Assembly (NCBI GenBank): GCA_016748015.1
Contig: JAAOMT010000570.1
Location: 748,043 to 812,042, forward strand
Direction of reading: 5' to 3'
DNA from: Geosiphon pyriformis uo1
Lineage: Eukaryota > Fungi > Glomeromycota
Length of the DNA: 64,000 nt
The first letter of the stretch is position 1. Every line of letters begins with the position of its first letter. A model generated the notes under the pieces. That model did not search any database and was not told the origin of the DNA. It was given only the letters and a program-made list of their open reading frames with translations. Made by a program: the position numbers and the translations under genes. Shown here in pieces: positions 41,040 through 52,076 of the stretch.

Positions 41040-42560
41040 ATACTAAAGACATCATTAATACATAGAAAATTACAGACCAAATTTCTCTTTCTTTCAATTT
41101 ACCAAACAAAAAAATTATATTTTTCAAAAAATAGCAGCTAATAAGAATTATAACTTGTAAGATTTCTCCTCTAGTTTTTTTTATTAAAGTCTTGATAGAA
41201 AAAATTTATTCTGATAAACTGATTAGTAAAAAGATAAAAAACTAAGCTGTTGGCAATACTTAAAAAGGAAGTGACAAAACTTGATAACTTTATTAAATTT
41301 TGTAAAGCTTTGAAAGATCTTGTTTATGGTACTGTTGAGATTAATTTCTCTAAAAATCCTTTTTTGAAAAAATATTTTTCTAAGAAGGTTGTTTTTTTAG
41401 GCTCCAAAAGTAAAGTCTCCTCTAAAACAAAAGGTTATGAATTTTTTGAAGCTTGGTTCGAATTTTCACTTTACTTTAAAATCTTTACTGTTACAGTCAT
41501 TTAAAGCATGATCAATATGACAAAACTTCAAAGTTTAAAAGGCAAAAAAAAGGCTGTCTGATTTTGGAACAGTATTTACTTTTAGCTTCCAATTATATTT
41601 TTGATAATTTCAATGTATTAAAAAATAGAAAAAATAAAATTTCTGATGTTTTTGAAGATTTATGAGTTGTGAAAATTGCATAAAAATCCACATGTTCTCC
41701 ACCTTATTATCCCCAATCATTTTTGGATTATGTCTGTTGCTTCATATTGGTTGGCCTTCTATGAATTTTGTTAAACTTATTACAAATAATTACCATGGTT
41801 ATGTTACTATTGCAACTTTCGACATCAAAAATATGTATACCAATATTGATTTTTGTACTTTTTCTCCATTTTTAAGATTATTTTTGCATTTTTTTATGCC
41901 TAAAAGAACAAATTTCGAAAATTTTTAGTTGAATTTTGAAGTCAAATTGATGAGACTCATTCTTGAATGTAGTTTTGTTCAATATAAAAATGTTTTTTAT
42001 TACCAACATAAAGATTTGACAATGAAAACTTCAGCCACTTCTGTTATCATGAATCTTTTTTATGCTCTTGTTAAACACAAAGTCGTATTAAGTATGGGCT
42101 CACTTCTTAGTTTTACCATTATTTATTGTTATCTTAATGATATTATTGTTATCTATGATCCTTATAGGTTTGACATCAATTGCTGGGTTTTGAATTATCA
42201 AAGCCAAGCTAAACCATTCACTTTTTTGTTAGAACAGACCAATAATAATGATTTTAATGCAGTTTTTTTGAATCTTAATATTTTGGTTGCCTGATCTCAG
42301 AGTTTTACCAAATTTTTAGTCTCATCTTATGATAAACTCTATATATACTGATTTTCGGACTTTTTATCTTAGGAAATATGTTATGAATTGGATTCACAGT
42401 GAAAATATTTGTCATATTCGAAATAATCAGATTTTTCTACTTACTGAATTTATATTAAGGATTTTAAAGCCTGATTATTGGCTTGTGATTATCTTTCTTC
42501 TGAAATCGACTTTTAACTTAATAAAAATGCTTATTTACTCTCAAGTAAATTATAGTTATT
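41040..42560 (+). mobile_element. Decayed Penelope-like element (PLE) reverse transcriptase
   Basis: IATFDIKNMYTNID, FVQYKNVFYYQHKDLTMKTSATSVIMNLF (decayed QxxGLAMG), YCYLNDIIVI (YLDD), VFLNLNI and thumb-like YTDFRTFY...NWIHSENICHIRN match PLE RT architecture. Boundaries approximate. Confidence 0.7.
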
Positions 42561-43184
42561 AAATACAATAACTGTTTAATACTTAAATTTATTTAATAAA
42601 ATTAATTAAGGTTTTAATTTTTTGCTTTCTTTTTTTTTGGTTGTTATAGTATTTGTAATTTTTTTATTATTTAATAATATTATGAAAAAAGTTTTAAATT
42701 AATTATTAATTTACTCTTATTTATAATAATTATTTTATAACAGATTTTAAAAAATTCAAATATATTTAAATTATAATAATAAAACAAAAAAAAACAATTA
42801 TATTAACAAAAATTTATTATATTATACAATAAATAATAAATTTAATAACATATAATTGTTTTATTACTTATTTTACTTAATATTTTATTTTTTTTAATCA
42901 ATTTTTGTATATAAAAATCAATTATTATATTTTTTATAAATTTGTAATAAATTTATTTAAAATAAAGAAAAAAACAACAAAAAATTATTATAAAACCAAA
43001 TTTACTTTTTAATTTGTAAATTTTTATTTTTTGGTAAATAAGAAAAAACTTAATTTTATAATAACAAGTTTTTTAAATTACATTAAATTTTTTTTTAATT
43101 CATTGTTTATTGTTAAATTTACTTTTTATTTTTGAAAATAACAGCAAATTTATAATAAATTATAAATTAAATTAAAAAATATAA

Positions 43185-44186
43185 TTCTCACTTGGATGAA
43201 TATTTTATTGTGTCTGATTATGGTATAGTTTCTGGCAATTCTAGGCACTTTGTTTGTAATATCTATCATTTCATTTGTTGTACACATTGGGAGGTTGGTT
43301 CTGGTTTGAAGTTCTTGGAGGGTGGTTTGCTTTTTGATGTTGATTGGGTCTGCTCTTCATTGGTGTGGCATCTTAATTTGTATATGGCTACTGATTTTAC
43401 CAGCTGATCCTTAGCTAATGCATACATGTACTTTATAAAAGCTTTACACTATTACTTGTTCATTGTTATTCAGAAATATCTTTATAGTAGACTGTATTCT
43501 AGTGTGTTGTGCTTGTATTGTGGTGAAGTAGAGGTGTTAGATCATGTGTTCTCTTGTAAGATTAACAAATCTGCCTACTGTCAGTTATTGGACTCCCATG
43601 TAAATTTTTGGAAAGCACTTTCTGGCTTTGCTTATTTTTCTTTGTGTGTTTTGCAGCTGTTATTGTCCTGTTCTTTTAGTTCTTCTGTGTCTATGGCTCT
43701 CTTCAAGAGTTTTGTTTTTGATGATTGGTTCTGCAAAGCTGTTTCCATTTTCCATGATCCCAAGGTCACTAGTGTGGAGGTGTTAAATTTGTGTGCTCTC
43801 TCAGTATGGCTTTTAGGGATAATATCTGGTTGGTTTGCACTAAACACCATGCCTATATGAAAAAAAATGGTTTGATTCCCCTTGATAGTTCAGTGTTTGT
43901 CCCAGTTTCTGGTTTGGCTTCAGGATTTTCTGCTGGTGTATTAAAACTGCTTGGCATCACTAATGCTTTTGGTATGCGTTTTGGTTTTCACAAATCTTGT
44001 TCGTTTTTTTCAGGTGTTAGCAGCTTAGTGTTAGTTTATATAGCTGCATAGTGTTGTTCTGATTGGCCCAAGTGGCTGGTTATGTGTAGAAAGTGCATAA
44101 TTTACACCTAGTTTAGATCATTTCTTTGATGTATAGCACTAGGCTGTGTTTGAATCTTATTTATTAAAAATAAAAATAAAAATATA
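43185..44186 (+). mobile_element. 5'-truncated, older copy of the same LINE family
   Basis: Collinear with about 38347-39350 (SGNSRHFV, SSLVWH, YFIKAL, CLYCGEVEVLDHVFSC, FGFHKSCSFFSG), with a conserved 3'UTR and an A-rich tail. Confidence 0.9.
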
Positions 44187-44812
44187 TAAGTAAAAAATAA
44201 GTAATAATCAAATATTATTAACCAATTATCACAACTTATTCATAAAGTAAAATTGTTTTTTTTAAACAATAATTCTTTAAAAAAGATAATAAAAACAAAT
44301 CACTTAATATTTATTGCAAAAAACAAAACTTGAAAAAAACAACTATAAGAAAAAATATTACATAATTAAATAAATATGATTTCTTTTTAACTCTTTGCAT
44401 TTTTATCTTTATTATCATCTTTTTATTCTTTAATTGATACAATTATTTATAAAAAAACCATGTTTTACTAATTTAATATATCATCAAAATTATCATTATC
44501 TGCTTTAAGTACTGTATTTATGTTAAACTAAAAAGAAAAAAGCTCAAATGCTTACTATCAAACAAAAACATTTTACCAAAAAAACTACAAAAAATACTGT
44601 TATGAGTTGGAGTAACAAGCTAATAGATAACAAGGGAGAACAGAATTGTATGGTGATGAAATGGATCAAAGAGAATTTAACTTCAAAGAGCAAATTAAAT
44701 GAATATGGATTCAATGTGCGAGATCAGTCTTATAAAATATCACAGTTGCTATTTTTTTCAAAAGATAACTGGAGAATCTGAAGGTAGAGGAATAGTCTGT
44801 ACTGTCAACAAA

Positions 44813-45239
44813 TGATAACACACTGGTATAATTCTATGCCTCATGTCAACACTCTTAGAATTTGATATCAGGTATTAGATGTGCTCTTCAATCACGTTTT
44901 ATTTAATAATCTTCAAATGCTACAATTATACGAGTCAGAAAAAGGGTAGGTAAATGCCAACAAGTAATCTTTTATCCTAAAATGTTTAGATACTTGAAAA
45001 TAAGAAAAGAGAAATTAATGAAAAAAGAAGGATTGAAATAAAGTTGTTATTTTATTTCTTTGCTTTCTTTGATTTGTACATGCTTTTCTACAACTAAGAG
45101 ATTCATCACTTATATAGCTATTGAAAATGGTCAACGACTAGGTCAACGATCACTATCTAAAAATAGGGTGGCTAATTATATGACATCAGTGGCTAATACA
45201 TGTGATAACTAATAAAAAGTATGGGTTTCAACCGTAACA
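44813..45239. mobile_element. LTR-like repeat (TG...CA, ~427 bp), relatively GC-preserved, with a probable internal remnant at about 44540-44812
   Basis: Begins TGATAACA and ends CCGTAACA; TATA-like GCTATATAAG on the minus strand; second copy at 340-744. The left end is inferred from the TG terminus. Confidence 0.6.
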
Positions 45240-45793
45240 ATACTATTGTCTCTTGTTTAAGGCACTTGGATGGACAATCATCTTTCACATCTATATTTCT
45301 ACACATCTGTCATATGCACATGTCTTCGATTTCAATTCGGTGGCATTTGCAAGACTTTTGGTTGCATTCATGTCAATACACATACACACAGATTTAATGA
45401 CGATTAATTAACATTAATTAACGTACCTGTGTATCAAGTTTTTTAAAAAACGAGGTAACTTCTATGCGTTGAAATGCACGTGCTGCATTATTATTCAGCT
45501 TATAGGCTTTGTCTTTTGCTCTTTTAAGTGTTTGTCAAGAATTTCGTCACAATCTTCTGATGTCAAATGCACACACACTTGTGCTAAATATTCAAGACAA
45601 CCAATACAACTTCAGGCTTCAATCTGTGTTTTATTGAAATAGGAAGAAATCCCGCTTGAAATATCTAACTATAAAAAAATTTAGAATAATTGGTCAGTAA
45701 GAAATATGATATTGTAAGCATTAACTATAAGAAAATCACGGTAATGGCATTGGCAAAAATGAGTTTCTTGAAAGAGTCTGTTGCAACGAATCT

Positions 45794-46036
45794 ATCTAAG
45801 GGGATTACAACTGTAATGAGTCCTAGTAGGCGTTGCAATTCCCTCTTCCAAACATTGGCCGCAGGAGTCCATATAATGGCCAGGTCACGTACGGACATTT
45901 AAGTCTAATATACTGGAATCTAAGGGGATTTGTAATGAGTCCTACCAGGCGTTGCAATTCCCTCTTCCAAACGTCGGCTGCAGGAGTCCAAATATAAATG
46001 TAAATATAAATAAATGGCCAGGTCACATACAGACGT
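45794..46036. repeat. Two-copy tandem repeat, period ~124 bp, GC-richer than its flanks
   Basis: atctaaggggatt...tgtaatgagtccta...aggcgttgcaattccctcttccaaac...gcaggagtcca...aatggccaggtcac at 45794 and 45918. Confidence 0.9.
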
Positions 46037-46453
46037 AGGTATATTTTGTGATGCCTGTTTTTGTTCAGGTCGTGTTGTTATTCGGTTAATACAATTGCAG
46101 CGTCGATTCCGTGGGTATATATAACAATTTTGCATTACTATCAGATTTGTCACGTGAAAATATATGTATTTAGGGTTAAAGATCGACAAGCAATCTGCAA
46201 GCAACTTACTTAGTAGCTTCAGTAAATCCAAATTACAGGCAAATTTGCCTGTAATACAGCTTAAGGGATACGACTTTTTGGTTACATTTGTAAAAAGACC
46301 CCAATCCAAATAAAGAGATTGCAAAAGACCATATCCGTAAAATGTAAACATCCGTGACTAATTCACCAATAAACAGGCTGGAGTCACTGATCTTTTGGCC
46401 AAAAAATAATATATAAAAAAATTCATCACTCCCCAATTCCATTCATTCAGAAA

Positions 46454-47194
46454 ATGCTAAAACCAAAAGCAATATCTCAGGTGCTCAAGCAAGCCACTAC
46501 AGGTGGGGTCAAAGCTGCCTTGTAAGTATTTATGTAATTGAATTGAATGATTTAGGATTCATTATTTGATGATTTCCACAAAAAGACTTTTTAATTTGAA
46601 TCGAAATCAAATACAATTAATGAATTTTCTAAATTTAACAACAAAAATTAAATATTTTATGGCCTAAAAGAATTCTCAATTCAGAAGGATCGCCTTTAGT
46701 TTTCGTATCCGAGACAGGGGATCGTGATGCACGAGTTTATGCCGCGATAGCATCAAATGTGTGGAGCACTTTCGAGAAAAATACGAGGCCACTGTTAGTT
46801 ACGAGTGGTGGTGGAGGAAAGGATGATGCTGGAAGTAGTGGTGGGTTAAAATTCTTGTTGGTTGAATGTGAGGTAATTTATGTTTTAATGAATGAGGTGA
46901 TAATTTGATCTTTTGACTTCACAATTTGAAATTATATAATATAAAATTTAAAACACCATAAATTTGTTTCTAGGAAGGTAACCTTGCAATTACAACTGTG
47001 GCAAATATGTTGCTATGTCTAGTAGCCAAGCCGGATGTCGCATTAGGAATATTGAAAGCGAAGGTATAAAAATGTTCATGTTCACTTAATTCAATTGTAT
47101 TTTAACTGTTAAAGATAATTTATAATAGACCGATGCATTGGCACGACATCTAGAAGAGCCATTTCAGCAGGTAGCTACTTATTCACAAAGTTGA
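46454..47194 (+). CDS. LAMTOR2: Ragulator complex subunit LAMTOR2 (Roadblock/LC7); 4 exons; missed by the ORF track
   Basis: MLKPKAISQVLKQATTGGVKAAL...NSEGSPL...GDRDARVYAAIASNVWSTF...LLVECE|EGNLAITTVANMLLCL...LGILKAK|TDALARHLEEPFQQVA. Confidence 0.9.
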
Positions 47195-47390
47195 TGATAT
47201 TAAGAACTTGGATGGGTAAGAGAGGAGAATTTCATAAAGCTATAATTTAGAGGCAACAGATATGAGTATTTAAGTACGGGACATCAAATTTAGTATGGTA
47301 TTTAATTTTTGAAAAATGAATCATGGTAATTAGACTATGACTAATAATTGTGATTTTCTCAATCGATGATAATCACCTCCAAAACTTGAG

Positions 47391-48320
47391 ATGTCGATAA
47401 ATTTTTACCAGGTAATCTCGGAAACTCTTGAAATGAAACAGCCATTTAGGTTCACTCTTGCCAACTTCAAATTTTTTGTACATTCACCGATTTTTCAAGA
47501 TAGACTTAAGTTAAAGTTCAACCACGCTACTCAAAAAAAGTGTTGGAAGTCTTCAGTTAGTTTAGGTATTACTGGTGACCAAGGAAATAAGCCAAAGGGA
47601 GTCAACCCAATAGTAGAAAAGGATAACTCAGAACTGAAAAAACCCGACTCTTTCTCGCCATATACAGAAGTATTTGACATATTTAACAAAAGAATATCCA
47701 AGGAGCAAAAAAATGAAAACATTCCTGGTAACCAAGGACGAAGAGGGGTTAAGAGTTCACTTTCTACTCAGCCCACTGGACCAATGGCGCCTGATTTTTT
47801 TATGCCAACTCTACAACGAAACGCCTCAAAATTAGCTGCATTCGAGGCAATATCTTCCTCAAACGCATCCAAAAGTCGTGATTCATATTCAGGAATATCC
47901 AAATCAGAGAGAGACACTAGGTCAGATGTTACTCGATTGATCAAGGACATGTTGGCACAAACGGGTGAAAAACATATCTTTAATGTCCACTCTTCCTCCA
48001 ATAATACCATAGTCGCGTTGACACGCAGTAATGGACAAATATTAATAAGGCAGTCAGGTGGTAATGTCGGTTTCAAGAAAGCACAACGTGGTGGTTATGA
48101 AGCTGCACATCAGGCAGCAATATCGGTCATAAAAAAGGCCCAAGATAAGAATATTAAAATCCAAGAAGTGGAAATTGTATTGAAAGGCTTCGGACCAGGA
48201 AGAGAAGCTGCATTTAAAGCAATAATTATGCCTGAGAACGCGTTTAATGTGAAAAGGGTCACTGATGCAACACCAATTCCACATAATGGATGTCGCCCAA
48301 AAAAGGCTCGAAGAATTTAG
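47391..48320 (+). CDS. Mitochondrial small-subunit ribosomal protein uS11m
   Basis: C-terminal S11 domain SSNNTIV...GFKKAQRGGYEAA...KGFGPGREAA...DATPIPHNGCRPKKARRI, preceded by a presequence-like N-terminal extension. The start may be 47433. Confidence 0.9.
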   Translation: MSINFYQVISETLEMKQPFRFTLANFKFFVHSPIFQDRLKLKFNHATQKKCWKSSVSLGITGDQGNKPKGVNPIVEKDNSELKKPDSFSPYTEVFDIFNKRISKEQKNENIPGNQGRRGVKSSLSTQPTGPMAPDFFMPTLQRNASKLAAFEAISSSNASKSRDSYSGISKSERDTRSDVTRLIKDMLAQTGEKHIFNVHSSSNNTIVALTRSNGQILIRQSGGNVGFKKAQRGGYEAAHQAAISVIKKAQDKNIKIQEVEIVLKGFGPGREAAFKAIIMPENAFNVKRVTDATPIPHNGCRPKKARRI

Positions 48321-48452
48321 TACGAACATTATTTCAAATTGAGGCTATAGAAACAAGATTTCAAAATTGATTTGGACCATTATAACAAAAATCAATAATA
48401 TTATTCTCAGGCTTTTAGACAATTATAATAATTTTTCGGATTGTTGCTTCTT

Positions 48453-49341
48453 TCAAGAAGCTTTGTCTTCTGATGTTCTTTGTCCCATTTTATCAGCTTG
48501 ATCCAATAGTTCCTCATTTTGTTCATCTGATTTTGAAGGGGCAGCATAATTCATCTCTTGTAAAATTTTCTATGCCATCGAAAAAAAGTGTCAAATAATC
48601 GAGTTTGACCCAATTCATTTCGATTAAATGAAAAAAAAACTTTACCGTTTGATCGGTGACACATTCCCAAAATTTACCGCGAAGATCATAGCACATAGTC
48701 AGACGACTCCATAAACCAGCGTCACCTCTATGACAGTTCATTAAGTCAGTTTCTATTTCCGCACAATTTATCAACGCCCCCTTTTTAATTGCTCTTGATT
48801 GGTGACGTTTATTACTAGAGGGTATAAGATCATCATATACAGCCCACATATCTTTGCCATTTTCTTCAGTTTTTTGTAGGTCTCGTTCTATTTCTAGGTC
48901 TCTTTCTATTTCCTTTTCCTTTCTAATTTTCTCTATTTTCTCAATATTTTCTTTTTGAGGTCTTTCAGTCCCTTGTTCCTCTTCGCTTTTAAGTGCCGCC
49001 AATAACCTTGGGTCAAAAGATCCGGTAGGTTTAAATAGCGAAGCAAAAAATAAATCACGAATTTCTTGTTCAGGATCATCTTTCTTTTCTACGGTCGCTT
49101 GTTGTTCTTTATCTTCCAAATTATCAGTTTCTGGTTTTAATGAATGAGTTTTCTGGTGGTTTTTTGCCTGTTCAAGATCCGATATAGCCGCCTCTCTATC
49201 ATACGTTGGTTGTACCCGATTTAAAAAGTCACCTAGGTAGGTATTCAGTTGTTTGAGATAGGTGTCAAGGTAAGAGGTCGACGAGTTTGGAGTAGGATCT
49301 TCAGTAGTGGTTTTGGAAGAGTTTTGTGAAGGAGCTGTCAT
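48453..49341 (-). CDS. Uncharacterised protein with a twin CX9C motif; 2 exons
   Basis: CAEIETDLMNC ... CYDLRGKFWEC. The intron after DQT joins to KILQEMNY...EDKAS*. Confidence 0.65.
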
Positions 49342-49595
49342 TTTTGTAGTTTTTGTGAATTACGATCCTTACTCGCGTCTCATAATTATAAATGATAATC
49401 AATATGAGATCTGGAATGTGGTGGTCATTGTGCACACACCTGCATAGATTTTCATCGAACAAATAAATAAATATACCCTTTATTAGCCGGACAATAAGAC
49501 TGCTTTCGCAAAATTTATAATTTTTATTTACTTTTCAAGAAAAATCCAAGTCCAATAATATCTGTCATTATTTCCTTTGACTTTTTCAATTCAAA

Positions 49596-51174
49596 ATGTT
49601 CCCTAATAAAATTGAAGACCAAGGAAACGTGTCGTTGTCTTTGAATTATCCTCCTGTCACCCATTGTATTTTCGATATGGATGGTAACTTTAAATTGTAC
49701 TCGAGTTCGGCTTAATGACTTTTTAACTTAAATTTTATTTTCTTTTGATTTTAAAATTGAAATTGTTATAAGGCCTCTTGCTGGTTTGTTTTTCAATTAT
49801 GTGCTATGTTATGTCAATCTTTCTTTGAAACTTGCATGCTTATTTTAATGAATCAAAATTTAGCTTTTCTCTTGGGGATTAACACGATTTCTTCTATTTT
49901 CATTTTTTTTAAAAGGACACTGAACGAGTATATAGTGAAGTTACTGGTAAAAAAAAATTATTTATTTATTTTCTATTGGTTTAAATTTCTAATAAAATTT
50001 ACTTCTTCCTCATCATCTCATTGGGGGTGAAACTCGGATAAAATAATTTTAATAATTTATTCTCGCAGCCGAAATATTACAAAGGTACAATATTGAGTAC
50101 ACATGGGAGCTTAAATCTAAAATAATGGGTCGTCGTGATATCGAGGTGAATTTGAATTTTTGTGAGACAAATTGATTGTTTGGTCTTTTTGAAATTATTT
50201 CCTTTTATAAGATGATTGGTGAGTTAGGACTTTACATCTAATTGTGAATTTTTTGTCATGATCCCCAACAAAATCTCCAATAGGCCGCCGAAATATTAAT
50301 TCGTGAAACTGGTGCCGATTTGACACCCCAAGAATATTTGAAAGAACGAAATGAGAAACAAGTAAGTTAAAACTCCTATCCTGAGCTGAACTTTATGAAT
50401 TAATCACTCATACCGTTTCACACTTTTTTCGGATTTCCCTTGCGCCAGAGTGAAAAATTCCCTTTCTGTAAGCCTTTGCCTGGGGTCATGGTAAGGACTA
50501 TAACTTATATGGATACATGCCTTTTTTTTTCTTCAAAATTTTTTGCCAGCTTTTCAGCAACTTTGATAATCTTTAGAGGCTCGTAAAACATCTCAAAAAA
50601 CACAATATACCAATGGTGGTAAGCTGTCAGTTCAAATATTTGATTCCAGAATCAACTTAAATTAAAAGGTTTGAAAACAGGTGGCGACAAGTTCCTCTCG
50701 CAAAAATTTTGAAATTAAATCAAAGAATCATCCCGAATTGTTTGACCTCTTCCAAGGGGTAGTCTGTGGTGATGACCCTAAAATCATGAATGGGAAACCA
50801 GCTCCGGATCTGTTTTTTGCTGGACGCGAATTACTCGGAAACCCACACACGAATAAATGCCTCGTTTTCGAAGATGCGATTATGGGGGTTAAGGCGGCAC
50901 TGAATGCTGGGATGCATGTATGAAGTCTTCGTAATTGTTGACTTGAAAGTGTAGAAAAAGATTTTTACTATCAAGCCACTTTTATTTGTTATTTCTTGAA
51001 ACTCTTCACTAGGTTGTTTGGGTGCCAGATCCACATAACCTAGCTCTTCATCCAGGCCAAAATGGGGCCACTCAAACTTTGATTTCCTTGGAGAATTTCG
51101 AGCCAATTTTGTTCGGGCTACCCACATTTGATGACGATATTCAAGAGGTGAACGGCCAAGTTAGCCTGGAATAA
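49596..51174 (+). CDS. HAD-superfamily hydrolase, pseudouridine-5'-phosphatase (PUDP/HDHD1)-like; many small exons
   Basis: THCIFDMD|GLLL|DTERVY, VATSS, GKPAPDLF, CLVFEDAIMGVKAALNAGMH|VVWVPD, FGLP. Confidence 0.88.
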
Positions 51175-51240
51175 TCTGAAAAAAGTTTTTGAGAATTGAT
51201 TATGAAAAGTAGAAGGTTGAATTGGTGCCCATAAATTCGA

Positions 51241-51490
51241 AGCTGGTGAATTTCCAATAAGCTAATTTATCTCTAAAGTATCTCTTTATACTTTGGACTA
51301 TTTATGCTGATGGGTTTATAATAGAATAGCCAATTCTATGCCAATTAGTTTGTATAATTACTTTGTAGTGAAAGTCAACTCTTTTACAAAAAATCTTGAC
51401 TGTAAGCTCTTTAATAAAATGTAGTTACTTTGCTGTGAAAGTCAATCTTTCTACAGGAAATCTCGACTGTAGACTATCTAATAATATAAG
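51241..51490. repeat. ~250-bp dispersed repeat with an internal ~67-bp tandem duplication (GC-preserved copy)
   Basis: tactttg..gtgaaagtcaa...tac...aaatct.gactgta occurs at about 51359 and 51427; an eroded inverted copy lies at 2522-2773. Confidence 0.75.
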
Positions 51491-52076
51491 AAATTAAAAT
51501 GGAATCTGGTCAAAGTCGAAACGTATGTTAACGATTAATTTAACCGGGAATTTTTATCAGTGAAACTTATCACTTATGATTCCACAATGCCAGTTATATC
51601 AATAAAATTTTATCCCTTGAAAGAAAATTCAAAACAAATATATCATTCAACTTTAAGTTTTTAGCAGTCTCCTTTGATCACAGGGCAAAAATATGAATCA
51701 TTTGAAAAGCCATATGAAAGATTCTAATAGGAATTAATTGATTTAAGATGTGGAAATTGATCTATGAACAATTAAATGTATCATAAACTCTACCACAAAG
51801 AAATTAAGTTGTGAAAGTTTAAAGGAATAATAGTACAAGATTTTATGTGTTTAAAATTAATACAAGTGCTGAAAATAGATGATATTGAATATCTCCAAGG
51901 ACTAAGTTGTAGAAGAGGGTTATTGGCTAGCTGCTGACGAATTTTTATTTTTTTAATTGACCCATTGTTCGCACACGCAATAGCAATTATCGTAAAACTC
52001 AACCAAAAATAGCCAGCTTGATTTATCAGCCGAAACTGTGATAATTAGTCGAATCTTTCGAGCAAACTGTCTCAAG

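Noticed and set aside
43175-44186. AAAAATATA as the TSD of the truncated LINE
   Set aside because: Low-complexity match in AT-rich DNA that merges with the A-rich tail.
45810-45845. Hammerhead ribozyme in the tandem repeat (ctgtaatgagtcc)
   Set aside because: The core deviates from CUGANGA and the required GAAA after stem II is absent.
45794-46036. CRISPR-like array
   Set aside because: Only two long units, no unique spacers, no cas genes, and a eukaryotic context.
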